NCBI RefSeq assembly: GCF_018977255.1
Contig: NW_024704742.1
Span: forward strand, 97,590,001-97,654,000
From: Callorhinchus milii
Taxonomy: Eukaryota
Direction of reading: 5' to 3'
DNA: 64,000 bases
The position numbers and the translations under genes were made by a program. This document shows, piece by piece, positions 24,290 to 38,339 of the stretch. Below the pieces are notes generated by a model. It saw only the letters and a program-made list of their open reading frames with translations. It was not told where the DNA came from and made no database searches. Positions within the stretch are counted from its first letter, which is position 1; each line of letters starts with the position of its first letter.

Positions 24290-24650
24290 AAGCTGACACT
24301 CCAATGCAGTGCTGGGGGTGTGTGTGGGGGATTGTATTGTCAGCGGTGCCATCGTTCGGTTGAGACATTAAACCGAGGTCCCGTCTGCTTGGATGTTAAA
24401 GATCCCATGTCACTATTCGAAAAGAAAAGGGAGATTCTCTCTCCCGGTGTCCTGGCCAACAATCTACCAAAATAAAATTAGTCATTTACTCTAAGGCTGT
24501 TTGTGGGACATTCCTGGGCACAAACTGGCTGCCGTGTTTCGCCCACAAAATACACAGTCAATCCATTTTCCAGTATACTGTCAAGAACTTTGAGAAGTCT
24601 CAATGACACGATAAAGCACCATACCAAATACACAGATTATTTCTATTATT
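24290..24650 (+). mobile_element. Older Deu-type SINE (AmnSINE/SacSINE-like); further decayed copies near 1-215, 12700-13160 (-), 29650-29880, 46610-46895 (-), 51540-51830, 55190-55360
   Basis: GCTGACACTCCA..GAGACATTAAACCGAGGTCCCGTCTGC..TAAAGATCCCATG..GGTGTCCTGGCCAA motif chain recurs in the window. The family name is from recollection. Confidence 0.65.
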
Positions 24651-24849
24651 CGTTTCAGTAAATCTTACTCATCACATCTGTATCCCTCCCTACTAATCCC
24701 TGTTCCAAAGTGGCCCAAAGCAATATTGCATTCCAGTTTACAATACAATCATAAGAATTTGATTTGAACACATTCATCCAACACTCCCTCTCGCATGTAA
24801 AGAAAGTATACACCCAGTATACTTATACCGCCTCTGGAAAAAAATCTCC

Positions 24850-26650
24850 CCACCCCTCTCCCCTGCCTTTGAGTTATCTGAACTCCTTCCTCTCTGGGCT
24901 TCCTCCTACAATGACCTATCCTCCTCGGTCACTCTTTTCCACAGCTCCCTCTCCTCCACTCTCGATTCCCTTGCCCTCCCTCACTTCCCAAACCGTCTCC
25001 TACTCACATGAGTCACCCTGGTGCACCAGCCACCTCCGCTACCTTAAAGCAGATGCATGCTGCTGAACGCACCTGGCTTAAATCGAACTTTATGGTCCAT
25101 CAGCAGATATGGCTGGACCTTATCAAATCCAATTGCTCGGCCCTCGCCTCCGCTAAATCGTTGTTCTTGGAGGTCAAAGACAACCCTAGACTCATCTTCT
25201 CCATCGTGAACTGGCTCCTCCACCAACCCTCCCACACCTCGCCCATCCTCACCTCCAATGCCAACTGTGAGGCGATGCTGGACTTCCTCAAATCCAAATT
25301 TGAGGGGATTCGCTCAGCTGCCTCTGTCCGTCCGTATACTACCTGCTCCCCATCTCCCCCTCTCACCTCAGCCCTCCCTCCACACCTTCGAACCAGTCTT
25401 CCACTCCTCTCTCACCACCACTATAACCTGCATGAAACCTGCTCACTCGACCCTATCCCTACCACTCTCCTTACCTTCCAGTTCCACCTCCTTGCCCCTC
25501 TACTCACAGATATCATAAACCTCTCCCTGTCCACTGGTACTGTTCCTACCCCATTAATAACAGCCATCATCACTCCTATCCTTAAAAAACCCTCCTTGGA
25601 TCCATCCCTGCTCTCAAATTACCACCCCATCTCCAACCTCCCTTTTCCTCTCCAAGGTCCTGGAACGAGTTGTTGCTTCCCAGCTTTGCTCCTTCCTCTC
25701 CCGCCACTCCTTCAAGAACCCTTCCAATCGGGTTTCCGTGCCGCCCAGAGCACAGAAACAGCCCTTGTCAAAGTGACAAATGACATTCTGTCCACCTGCA
25801 TCCTCATTCTCGTTGACCTCTCTGCTGCCTTTAACCACTCTACCCTCATCCACCGCCTCTCCTCTCACCTCAACCTTCACGGCTCTGTCCTTGACTAGTT
25901 CAGATTGTACCTGTCACACAGCCTCCACTTCATTTCCACAAATAGTTTTTCCTCTAGCTCCCACACTGTCTTGTGCAGTGTTCCTCAGGGCTCTGTCCTT
26001 GGTCCCCTCCTCTTCAATATCTATATGCTGCCTCTTGGTGACATCATCCGCAGACAGGGATCAACTTCCGCATGTATGTGGATGACACCCAACTGTATCT
26101 CTCTGCCTCCACTCTTGACTCCAGGATCACTGCTGTCCTGACAGAATGTCTGTCAGACATTAAATCCTGGATGAGAGCTAACTTTTTTCAGTTGAACGTC
26201 AACAAGACCAAGGCTCTTCTGATTGGCTCCCGTCAGCGCCTCCACACCTCAGGCACTGACAGCATCACCATCCATGGTTGCACACTCCACCTCACTGAGC
26301 CAGTCTGGAACCTTGGCATCTTGTTTGACTCTCAACTATCCTTTCTACCCCACATCCGTGCCATTAACCCACTCTGCTTTCGCCCACCTCTGCAACATCG
26401 CCCGGCTCCACCAATGTCTCGCACCAAAGGCCGCTGAGATCCTCATATCACGCATTCATAACATCAAGGCTTGACTATGCAAACTCCTTGCTTGTTGGCA
26501 TCTCCAACTGCTCCCTCCATAGGCTGCAGATCTTCCAGAACTCTGTAGCTCATGTCATCTCCCGCACCAGGCTCGATGACCCTATCACCCCCATCGTCAC
26601 CCAACTCCTCTGGCTTCCCATCACACAGAGGATACAGTTCAAGATCCTTA
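24850..26650 (+). mobile_element. L2 LINE ORF2 fragment
   Basis: [60 protein letters not shown]; multiple frameshifts. Confidence 0.92.
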
Positions 26651-26654
26651 ATAA

Positions 26655-28656
26655 TACATAGAGAAATGTAGAGCGGATTAAGCCGGTCTTGGAATGCATG
26701 TGTGTAAATGCACGGAGTGTGGCCAATAAGTTTGGTGAGCTGCAGGCGCAAGTTGCCACATAGGGCTATGATATAGTGGCAATTACGGTGACTTGGCTCA
26801 AGCAAGGACAGGAATGGGAGCTGAATATTCCTGCCTGCAACCTATTCAGGAGGATAGGGAAGGGAAAAAAGGAGGGGTGACAATACTCATTAGGGACACG
26901 GTCACGGTCCTGGTAAAGGACAATGTGATAAAGGGTCCAAAAACTGAATCGATTCGGTTAGAGTTAAGGAGCAGAAAAGAAGTTGTTACTCTGTTAGGTA
27001 TTCACTATAGACCACCAAATAGTGGGAAGTGGATAGATGAGCAAATCCGAAAGCAGATTTCAGAGAGATGCAAAACCAATAGAGTAGTGATAATGGGGGA
27101 CTTTAATTATCCTAACAGACTGGGAAACATATAGCATAAAGGGCAAGAAAGGGGAGGAATTCCTGAAATCTATGCAGGAGAACTTTCTGGATCAGCATGT
27201 TTCCAGCCCAACGAGGAAATCTGGGAAATGAAGTGGGGCAAGTGGAGCAGGTTTCAGGGGGAGAGCATCTGGATAACAATGATCGCAATATCATTAGGTT
27301 TAGAATAGTTATGGAAAAGGACAACAATCAATCAAAGGTAAAGACCCTCAACTGGAAGTGGGCTAATTTCAGTGAGCTAAAAAGGGATCTGGCCAAGATA
27401 GATTGGAAAGAGAGATTGGCAGGTAAGACCGCAAATGAATAATAGGAAGGCTTCAAGGAGGAGATAGATCGAGGACAGAGCAAATATATTCCCACAAAGG
27501 GGAAAGGCAGGGCAGTCAAACCTCCCTGGAAGACTAAGGAAACTGAGATTAAAATAAAACAGAAAAAGGAGGTTTATGACAAATGTCAGGTCCAAAACAG
27601 AAAGCAGAGTGGTAGTAAACAGTTGCTTTCATGACTGGAGGGAGGTGTGTAGTGGTGTCCCTCAGGGGTCGGTATTGGGGCACTGCTCTTTCTGATCTAT
27701 ATTAATGCTCTGGACCTGGATATAGGGAGCACAATTTCAAAATTTGCAGACGATACTAAGCTAGGAAAAGTAGTTAATGGTGAGGAGGATAGCACCAGAC
27801 TCCAAGAGAACTTAGACAGATTGGTAAAATGGGCAGAAACGTGGCAGATGAGGTTTAATGTGGAGAAATGCGAAGTGTTGCATTTTGGTAGGAAGAATGA
27901 GTAGAGGCAGTATCAGTTAGATTGTTCATCTGCCCCCTTTAAGATTGTACTGAGAGATCTTGGGGTTCACATAAGCAAATCCTTGAAGGTTTTCAGGACA
28001 GGAAGATAAAACTGTTAAAAATGCATATGGGGTACTAGGTTTTATAAATAGAGGCATAGAATACAAAAGTCAGGAAGTTATGATAGACCTTTATAAAGCA
28101 CTGGTTAGGCCTCAGTTGAAGTACTGTGTTCAGTTCTGGGCCCCACACTTTAGAAGGGATGTCAAGGCATTGGAGATGGTGCAAAGGAGGTTTACCAGGA
28201 TGGTACCAGGAATGAAGGGCCTTAGTTATGAGGAGAGGTTAGCGAAACTAGGATTATTCTCCCTAGAGCAGAGAAGATTAAGAGGGGATTTAATAGAGGT
28301 TTTCAAGATCATGAAAGGATTTGATAGGTTGAACCGGGAAAAACTGTTTCCACTGGCTGTGGGTCAGTAACCTGAGGACACTGATTTAAGATAGTTGTTA
28401 AAAGAAACAGAGGGGAGATTAGGAATTTTTTTTTCACCCAGCGAGTTGTTCGGATCTGGAATGTATTATCTGAAGGTAGTGGAAGCCGATTCAATATCAA
28501 CTTTTAAGAGAGAAGTAGATGGGTATTTGGGGAGGGCAAGATTGCAGGGCTATGGAGAGAAAGTGGGCCAGTGGGATTGAGTTGGATTGCTCTTTACAGA
28601 ACCAGCGCAGACATGATGGACCAAATGGCCTCTTTCTGTGCTGTATGATTCTATGA
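26655..28656 (+). mobile_element. CR1 LINE ORF2 relic (endonuclease plus RT C-terminus, internally deleted) with 3' end
   Basis: NARS.., GIHYRPP and VVIMGDFNYP (APE endonuclease); KFADDTKL; YKALVRPQLKYCVQFW; LFSLEQRRLRGDLIE; ends GATTCTATG. Confidence 0.92.
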
Positions 28657-30129
28657 ATCACAGAGAGTGGCTCCTGGGAACCCAGGACCTAACTCATACT
28701 GTCTAACCTAACTTCTGTCTTTCAAACGGACCAACCACTACTACTGTTATTACTTCAATGCCTAGCAGACAGAACCAAAAATATATTACCCACTAATCCT
28801 CCTCTTTCACTTTTAATGGTCATATTCTTACTGGAGGTAAATTCCCTCACCCCTGTACGTAAACAGTAGAATGCATACTGATTCAACTGGGAAGTGTGCT
28901 GACCCTCTACTCAACTCCAACTATTTCAAAGTTACATCTTTCTTTTATGTGTTCCTAACTTCACATTCCCTGGGCACAGAGATAGCCCCACCATTCGCAG
29001 GCTGCACAGATAGAGATGGACAACTTCTGGGCAGCCTTCCACAGCCTGCTTGTTTCTCAGCCTTGCGATAAGTAGGCGTCTCAGGCTGCAGCCTTTCCTT
29101 TCTGTGGTCCATTCTTCTTACATCTGTGCTCAAGGACCCAATTGCTCATTATCTCGGAGGAGTGAACATTTTCCCGGGAAAATATGAAATCTGATCAGAA
29201 GCTAACCTCAACCCGTCCATCAAAGCTACTTTAACCATTTAACTATCAAACCTTTGAAAATTCAGTTGCTGTTTGAAATGTATCAATGTATCCCGAGGTG
29301 ATAGTCAATATATTTCAACAGTACTGAACTATAATGATGCAAAACAGTGAGACTCTGACATGTAGCCTCTGCTTTTGGCAAACAGTTACATTTTTTGGCT
29401 CATCATTTTTTTTCTCTGACAATTTAGCAGCTCATCGTTCCTTTACCTTCACTGGGACATGGTTCCACAGCGTAAAATCATCCTCTGGTACCTTGCCCTA
29501 GAAGGCACATTATTCATGTGTGTGCATTGACAGCCTGTTGTGACTCCACAGTTAAATCCAATCTGTCCACATGTGCACCTCCAGCAGGAACTGTTCAGCA
29601 GTCATTAATTTTGTGGAATAACAATAAGTTAGGAGGTGTTGTAAATTGGTGTCAGCTTGGCTCAGTTGGAAGCACTCTTCTGAATTAGAAGGGTATGGGT
29701 TCAAACCCCAAACTAAGATTTTGGATTACTATTCTAGGCTGACGCTCCAGTGCTATGCTGAGAAGTCCTGAAAGCCACAAATGACATCCTTTGGATAAGA
29801 TGTTAAAGCAAGGATGTTAACCATCCCATGACACTATCTGAAAAGAGAAGGGAAATTTCTCCTGGTGTCGTGGCCAACAAACAAATCAAAACAGGGTGAG
29901 CTATACTTAATTGTAATACTTTTAAACTATATGCAGCCTCCATGTCAATGGCTAACCTATTAATTCAATTCCTCCTCAAATGAGAAATAATTTGTCATTT
30001 TAAAACATTTTGAGATCTTGATAATTTCAAGTGAAGCTAGTGATGAGAAGATTTTATTCCCACAAAGAACTGAATATTTGTGTAAAAGACTCCCAATAAA
30101 TGCAATTAATGGGACAATGTGCAAGAGAG

Positions 30130-33100
30130 TCCAAAAACAGAATCTATTTGGTTAGAGTTAAGGAGCATACAAGGATGTTAGGTGCATACTATAGACCACT
30201 AAATAGTGGGAAGGAGATAGACGAGCAAATCTGCAAGCAGATTTCAGAAAGATCCAAAACCAATAGAGCAGTGATAATGGGGGACTTCAATTATCCCAAC
30301 AAAGATAGGCAAAATAACAGTGTAAAGGGCAAGGAGGAGGACGATTCCTGAAATGTGTGCAGGATAACAACAAGAACAAAATTACATTTATAGAGCGCTT
30401 TTCAAGTCGGGAGGACATCCCATGGTGCTGTTTTGGAAAGCAAGCTCTTCTGAAAGGTTTCTTTTGTGCACATGAGCTTCGTAAAGGTAGTGGAGAAAGA
30501 TCCTTACATTTATATTTCTCAATTGAAGACAGGGCTGATAACTTTCTGGATCAGTTTCCAGCCCAACAACAACGAGATTACATTTGGATAGCGCCTTTCA
30601 GGTCAGGAGGACGTCCCAAGGTGCTGGACAGAGTACAGCATTTCAGGCCCGCGCTGGGGTTGGGAGGGGGAGGGAGGGGAGGGGAAGGGGTGTGGCCGAT
30701 GGCATGGTCGAAGAGGAGGGAGCGGGGGCCGAGTGACTGGGGGATGGAATTCCAGAGGTTGGGGGCAGAGTAGCTGAAGGCTCTCCCGCCAATGGTGGGG
30801 CGGGTAAGTCGGGGGACATGGAGCAGGCCGGAGCCGGCTGAGCGGAGGGAGTGGGCGGGTTGGTAGGGGGTTAGAAGGTCGCAGAGATAGGGTGGGGCGA
30901 GGCCATGGAGGGCTTTGCATGTGAGGACCAGGATCTTGAACTAGATCCTCTGAAGAATAGGGAGCCAGTGGAGTCAGGCAAGAGTGGGGGAGATGGGGTC
31001 ACAGAGTTTGGTGCGGGAGAGGACACGGGCTGCAGAGTTCTGGATTATCTGCAGCCTGTGGAGGGAGGAGTTGGGAAGGCCGACAAGCAGGACGTTTGCA
31101 TAGTCGAGCCTGAAGGTGATGAAGGCCTGAACAAGAGGGGTGAGGTAGTGGCGCAGTTGGGCGATGCTATGGAGGAGAGGGAAGGCAGAGTGGGTCATAG
31201 CTTGACTGTGGGGGAGAAAAGACAGTTGAGGGTTGAACAAGACACTGAGGTTCCTGACTGGCTGGTGAGTTGTAGTGTGCAGCCATGGAGGTTGATGCTG
31301 CCAGAGCCTGAGGTGCTGAGGCGCTGGCGCGAGTCAATCAGGAGGGCCTCAGTCTTGTTCACATTCAACTGTAGGAAATTTGCCCTCATCCAGGACTTGA
31401 TGTCCGACCGGCAGTCTGTCAGGACAGCAGTGGTCCTGGAGTTGAAGGTGGAAGCAGAAAGATAGAGTTGGGTGTCATCCACATACATGTGGAAGTTGAC
31501 CCCATGTCTGCGGATGATGTCATCAAGGGGGAGCATGTAGATATTAAAGAGAGGGTCAAGGACAGAGCCCTGGGGGACGCCAGATGTGACAGTGCGGGGG
31601 CTGGAGGAGAAACCGTTAGAGGCAACAAAGTGGAGACGGTGAGAGAAATAGGATTCGAACCAGGCAAGGGCAGGTCCGTGAAGATTGAGTAAAGCGGAGA
31701 GGTGTGTATGAGGATGGAATGGTCGACAGTGTCGAAGGCGGCAGAGAGGTCGAGGAGGACACGGAGGCAGATGATCACAGATGTTCAGAATGTTATTAGT
31801 GTCTTTGACTAGTGACTAGTGGTTGTTTCCATGCTGTGAGCAGCGTGGAAGCCAGATTGGAGGGGTTCAAAGAGGGAATGGCGAGAGAGAAAGGAACGGA
31901 GCTGGGACGCGACGACTCATTCCAGGACCTTGGAGAGGAATGGGAGGTTAGAGATGGGGCGGTAGCTGGAGAGGAGGGATGGATCCAGGGAAGGTTTTTT
32001 CTGGATGAGGGTAATGACGGCTGTTTTTAGGGGAATGGGAACTGAACCGGTGGACAGGAGCGGTTGATGACATCGGACAGGAGAGGGGCCAGAAGATGGA
32101 GCTGGGAGACGAGGAGAGAGGTGGGGATGGGATCGAGGGAGCAGGTGGTGGGTTTGAGTTTGTGGATAGTCGTGGTGAGGGAGGAGGGAGACATAGGGTC
32201 AAAGGAGTGTAGGGGGGATGGGTGGGGGGCGGGTGGGGGGTGGGTCATGAGGGAGAGGTGATGTGGGGGTGGCCGGTCTCAAAACCTTTCTCTTTGACCG
32301 AGCCTTCAGCTCCCCTCTCGACTCTCTTCCCCCTTCTCGCTCCCTCCCATCCCTCCCCTCACCCTGACCATTTCCCCCCTCCTCGCTCCCTCCCCTCCCC
32401 TCACCCTGACCATTTCCCCCCTGCTCGGGTCATGACCCAACTGTGCAGCGCCTTGGGATGTCCTCCTGACGTGAAAGGCGCTTTATAAATGGAATCTTGT
32501 TGTTGTTGTTGTTGTGGCTGTGGACGGGGCTGAGATGGCTGAACGTATCCCCTCGATTTTAGATTCGAGGAAGTCCAGCATCTCCTCACAGTTGGAGTTT
32601 GAGGAGAGGATGGAAGAGGTATGGAAGGTGGACGGAGGAGACGGTTAGTGGTGGAAAAGAGAAGCCAGGGCTTGTTCTTTGCCTCCAAGATAACCTTGGA
32701 GTGGGAGGAGGATTTGGCAGAGGCAAGAGCACAGCTGTAGGTCTTGGTGTGGTGAAGCCAAATCTGCCGATGGACCGTTAGTTTGGATTTGGTCCAGGCG
32801 CGTTCGGCAGCTCGCACTTGTGCCTTGAGGGAACGGAGATGGCTGGTGTAACAAGGAAGGAAGCAGTGCTGGATTTAGTTCTGGGGAATTAAGTGGAGCA
32901 GGTTTCAGTAGGAGAGCATCTGGACAACAGTGATCTCAACATCATTAGGTTTAGAGTACTTATGGAAAGGGACAAGGAACAATCAAAGGGGAAGATATTC
33001 AACTGGAAGAGGGCTAACTTCACTGAGTTAAAAAGGGACCTAGCCAAGGTGGACTGGAAAGATTGGCAGGTAAAACAGCTAACAATCAATAGGAGGTGTG

Positions 33101-33651
33101 GAGAAATGTGAAGTGATGTATTTGGGAGGAAGAACGAGAAAAGATAATAAGAACATAAGAATTAGGAGCAGGAGTAGGCCATTCGGCCCCTCGAGCCTGC
33201 CCCGCCATTCGATAAGATCATGGATGGTACCAGGGATGAGGGACTTCAGTTATCAGGAGAGACTAGAGAAGCTAGAATTAATCTCCTTGGAGCAGAGAAG
33301 GTTAAGAGGAGATTTAATAGAATTATTCAAAATTATGAGCGGATTCGATAGGGTTAACAAGAAATTATTTCCCCTGGTGGGTGGGTCGGTAACCTGAGAT
33401 CACCGATTTAAAATAGTTTTTAAAAGATACAGAGGGGAGGTGAGGAGAAATTTTTTCACACAGCTATTTGTTCGGATCTGGAATGGAAGCCGATTTGTTA
33501 ACAGCTTTTTAGAGAGAAGTAGATAATTATTTGGGGAGGACAAATTTGCAGGGCTATGGGGAGAGAGCGGGGGTGGGATTGACTTGGATAGCACTTTTCA
33601 AAGAGCCGCCACAGACACGATGGGCCGAATGGCCTCCTTATGATTCTATGA
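30130..33651 (+). mobile_element. CR1 relic (30130-30565 and 32851-33651) split by nested insertions
   Basis: YYRPLNSG and IMGDFNYP on the left. The sequence resumes at AACAAGGAAGGAAGCAGTGCTGG and ends GATTCTATG. Confidence 0.85.
30566..32850 (-). mobile_element. L2 LINE, 5'-truncated with intact 3' tail, inserted in CR1; itself interrupted by a short L2 3'-end insertion (32271-32515, +)
   Basis: (CAA)n tail at 30566; RT motifs [13 protein letters not shown] and [13 protein letters not shown] at both junctions. Confidence 0.9.
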
Positions 33652-34477
33652 TAAAGGTCCTTGTGAATTTAGCTTGCTACATTTTCAATCCAGTTTATAA
33701 TGGAGATATGTCCACTCCACTGAGGGACACATTTATCGACAGTTTGGCAAAAAATGTTGGTCACAGTGACCAAAATTATGGTTAATGTAGCAAAATAAAA
33801 CAAATCAGTTGTAGATGGTTCTTCTGAACAAAAACATGATATTTTAAAACAATACCTGTAATGTTGAAATGTTTCAAAGCACTGCACACAAAAGCAATTT
33901 ACAGTAAATGCTCTCAAGTATTGTGATGAGTTTTGGAAAGCAAGCTCTTCTGAAATAGGTTTATTTTGTGCACATGAGCTTCGTAAAGGTAGTGGAGAAA
34001 GATCCTTAATCCCCACTTGTGGTATTTCTTGATTGAAGACAGGGCTGATAGTGATAATCATAGGTAAAAATGAAAAGTCTCTCAACTCAACAGCTCAATA
34101 ATACATGCATTTGGCATAGCACCTATACTGTTGAAATAGATCAAAGCACTTCAGTTAATTGCTGCCAGCCAGTTATGCATTTTTATGCAACAGAAGAGTA
34201 TACACCTATATACTTGGATTTTACAATCTTTGTAGGAATGAATGTGATAAGGTCAGAATTCATCATTCCGGTAGGCACCATGAATTATGAGACTAGGAAA
34301 ATAAAGCTATTATTACAAAACTACAAATGAAATAGGCTGTTTATTTTGCATTGCCCATATAAATTTGTTAAGCAATTCGATATTTATTTACATAAAATGA
34401 ATTAACCTTATCAGCAGGTGGAGCATCACTGGATAATAACTAAATTAAAACCTTAATAAAGACAAGCTAGAATTTAC

Positions 34478-35712
34478 AATGTTAAATGACATTTTGTCCA
34501 TCTGTGACCAGGGCTCCCTCTGCCTCCTCGTCCTCCTTGACCTCTCTGCTGCCTTCGATACTGTTGACCACTCTATCCTTCACCGCCGCCTCTTCTCTCA
34601 CCTCAACCTTCGTGGTTCTGCCCTTGAATGGTTCAAATTCTACCTCTCGCACCATTTCCACTTCATTTCCACAAACGGTTTCTCCTCTAGCTCCCGCACC
34701 GTCTGGTGCAGCATCCCTCAGGGCCCTGCCTTGATCCCCTCCTCTTCAATATCTATATGCTCCCACTTGGTGACATCATCTGCAGTCATGGAGTCAATTT
34801 CCATTGTATGCAGATGACACCCAACTGTATCTCTCTGCCTCCGCCCTCGAATCCAGGATCACTGATGTCCTGACAGAATGTCTGTTAGACACCAAGTCCT
34901 GGAAGAGAGCTAACTTTCTACAGTTGAATGTCATTAAGACCGGGGCCCTCCTTTTTGGTTCCTGTCAGCGCCTCCACACCTCAGGCACTGATAGCATCAC
35001 CATTCATGGTTGCACACTCCACCTTACGAAGCCAGTCCTGAACCTTGGGGTCTTGTTTAACACTCACTATCCTTTCTACCACACATCCATGCCATAACCC
35101 ACTCTGCCTTCCCCCACCTCCACAACATTCGCCAGCTCCGCCACTGCGTCACACTGCAGGCTGCCGAAACTCTCATATACACTTTCATAACATTCAGGCT
35201 TGACTGCGCAAACTCACTGCTTGTCAGCCTCCCCAAAGATCCCCCTCCATAGGTTGCAGATCATCCAGAACTCTGCAGCCTGTGTCCTATCCCGCACCAG
35301 GCTCCATGTCCCTATCAACCCCATCCTCACCCAACTGCACTGGCTTCCCATCACACAGTTCAAGATCTTGATCCTCACTTTCAAAGCCCTCTAATGGTTT
35401 GCTCCCCCCTACCTCGCGACCTCCTAACCCCCTACCAACCTCCCCGCTCCCTCCATTCAGCGGGCTCCAGCCTGCTTCACGTTCCCCGCCTTCTGCCACT
35501 CTGCCCCCACCATCTGGAACTCCATCCCACAGTTCCTCCACCTCACCCCCTCTCTTGCTGCTTCCAGACCCATCTCAAGTCCCTTCTCTGTGACGTGCCT
35601 TCAGTTACCCTCCTTCCACCCCTGCCCTCCCAGATCCAGAACCCCAGCTCAGGTCCGAAACACTGACTGTCTAGCGCCATGGGACATCCTCCTGATGTGA
35701 AAGGTGCTATAT
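34478..35712 (+). mobile_element. L2 LINE 3' part (RT to 3' tail)
   Basis: [30 protein letters not shown], terminal stem-loop. Confidence 0.9.
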
Positions 35713-36012
35713 TGTAGAAACACGTAGATAGTAATAGCATTGATTTACAAAAAAAAGCATCTATTTATGAAAAAAACTGCATCAAACCACAATGTCCACT
35801 AATAACAGCAAATAAGCAACCCATTTTTCATTTGTGTAGCAAGTTGTCCAGAGCAAACAGCAGTGTTATTGAGGGTTTGAGATAAGAGTAATAATCCTTA
35901 CATTTAATGTAGCACCTTATCACGTCTTTGAAACGTCTTGAAGCGCTTTACAGAATATACTTTAAAGTGAATTGACTGTATATTTTGTGTGCAAAACGTT
36001 GCAGCCAATTGC

Positions 36013-37075
36013 AACAACAGCAACTTGGATTTATATAGCGCCCTCCACGCCAGATGGCGTCTCAGAGTGCTTTACAGTAATGGATCCCTGCGCCGAGCCA
36101 GGGAGAGGGTGAAGAAGGTGACCAAAGGCGCGGTCGAAGAGAAAGGTTTTCAGCAGAGACCTGAAAATAGGAAGAGAGGGAGCGAGGCAAAGGGAGTGAG
36201 GAAAGGAGTTCCAGAGCCTCGGGGCATAGTGGCTGAAGGCATGGCCGCCGAGGGTGGAGCGGAGGACTCGGGGGACGAGGAGGAGGCCAGATCCGGAGGA
36301 ACGAAGGCAACGGGCACTGTTTTGAGCAGAGAGGTCAGAGAGGTAGGGGGGTGCAGAGGAGTGGTGAGATTTGAATACAAGGATGAGGATCTTGAAGTCG
36401 ATCCTCTCTGGGACAGGCAGCCAGTGCAGACTGGCAAGGACTGGGGTGATCGGGGAGCGGAGTTTGGTACGGGTGAGAATGTGGGCAACAGAGTATTGAA
36501 TGATCTGGATTTTATAGATGGTAATGGATGGGAGACCGGCAAGGTGGGCGTTAGAATAGTCCAGCCGATAGCTGACCCTAGTATGGGCTAGGGTTTCTGC
36601 GGGTTTCGGAGAGAGGTATTGGCGGAGGCGGGCGATGCGTCGGAGGTGGAAGAAGGCGATGCTGGTGAGGAACCGATGTGTGGGAGGAAGGATAATTGGG
36701 GGTTGAACCTGACGCCTAGGTTGCGTACAGGTTCAGAGAGTTTTAGTGGGAGGTTGAGTAGGTGGAGGAGGTGAGAACCGTAAGATTTTAGATGCTGACG
36801 AGAGCCAGAGTATGGCTTCTGTCTTGTCAACGTTCAGCTGAAGGAAATTTGCGCTCATCCAGCCCCTGAGATCTGACAGGCAGGGGACTGGGGTCACAAA
36901 TGGAGGTGGAAAAATAGAGTTGGGTGTCGTCCGCATGCATGTGGAAATGTACCCCATGTCTTCGGATGACATCCCCAAGAGGGAGCACGTAGATCAGAAA
37001 GAGGAGGGGCCAAGGATGGATCCTTGGGGTACCCCGCAGGTGACCGGGTGTGAGTGGGAGGAGAAGCCGTTTGTG
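36013..37075 (-). mobile_element. Second, distinct L2 family (3' part); its tail also occurs at 44025-44208 (+)
   Basis: HADDTQLY, NFLQLNVDKTE, VRNLGVRF; different 3' tail (GAGACGCCATCTGGCGTGGAGGGCGCTATATAAATCCAAGTTG). Confidence 0.85.
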
Positions 37076-38339
37076 CAGATTGCACACAACAGTGTCCCAC
37101 AAAAGTTGTGGAGTGAGTGACCAAACTATTATTCTTTTTAAAAAAAGAAATCCGCCAATCGACTAACTACCGAGTTGCTACTTACTGCTAGTTAAACAGA
37201 TGAATGTAGAGTTTCGGAAACTTCCTCAATGTTGTGCTAATGTCTGCAAAAATTTGTGTAACTTCCTCATAGCTTTAATATGTAAAATTGTTTTTTTCCA
37301 GTCACAGAATATTTAGCTATGTTAGCAAAACCTCTGTGATTGCAAAACATGTTTTGCAGATAAACAATGCATTAAATGTTTTCAAAAGTGTAAGTTGCCT
37401 GTGCGATTGCAAACCTAAAATATTAAAGTGTAATTAGAAATACATATTCAGGCTACTGTGGTCTTAGTTTAAGTGATCTCAATATCTTGCAACTATAACT
37501 ATAACTTCAATGTACCAATCTCATTTCACTGGGTGTACTTGGAGGAAATCTGTTTATAGTAGATCTGGTTATCAATTCTACCTCAAAGAGCAAGGGTTTT
37601 GCTCTAAATTTAAGCCGAGTACGTATTTTAACACCGTGCTGGCAAAACGGTTGCTGATATGCTGCAACTATATTATAATAAAGACACCTTCTTGTCCATT
37701 ACAGCTGACATCAACCATTGGATTTCTCCAAATATACTGCTGCATGTCTTTGGTTGATTGAGTTTTAGTGAATACAAAAGATTGATAGTTCATTTCCTTT
37801 GTATAACATTTAAAGGAAGCAGTATATATTTTTAAATGCTATCTTTCGTGCTGCACAATACTCATTTCATATTTTCTGTCAACTTCCATCTTTTGAGTGA
37901 TTGATTTTGTTTAGAAGACTCAGGGCTGTTTCTTTTCAAGCTAAGTAAGCAGCTACGTACATACAAAATACCTAGTATTACATTCTATCTGTTAATAGTG
38001 GATGGCAATCTCTTCTGAAATGAGAAGAGATTTTATGTCTATTTATAGCCAGTACTTTTCATCACTTAAATGCACAACTGAAAATGCTGGATAAAAAATG
38101 TCTGAGATCATCCAATGGCCTAGTAAGTGGGCAAAGGCACTTAGTACAGTAACATGAAGCTACACTGGAAGACTGACTTAATTTATCAGATAGGCTGCTA
38201 GATCTGGCTGAGAACTGTTGGACTGGAGAAAGGGGAAAAAAAACAGCTACTGTTTCTGATGACCAAGCTACCATGCTAGAAAGTGACTTCTGTAGATATT
38301 AGTTGGAAACGGGTACAGGCACCCTTCCTCCTTCTCCTC

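Noticed and set aside
33669..34085. 138-aa minus-strand ORF with a nearby donor-like CAG|GTATT
   Set aside because: No recognisable homology and only a weak acceptor; insufficient support for an exon.
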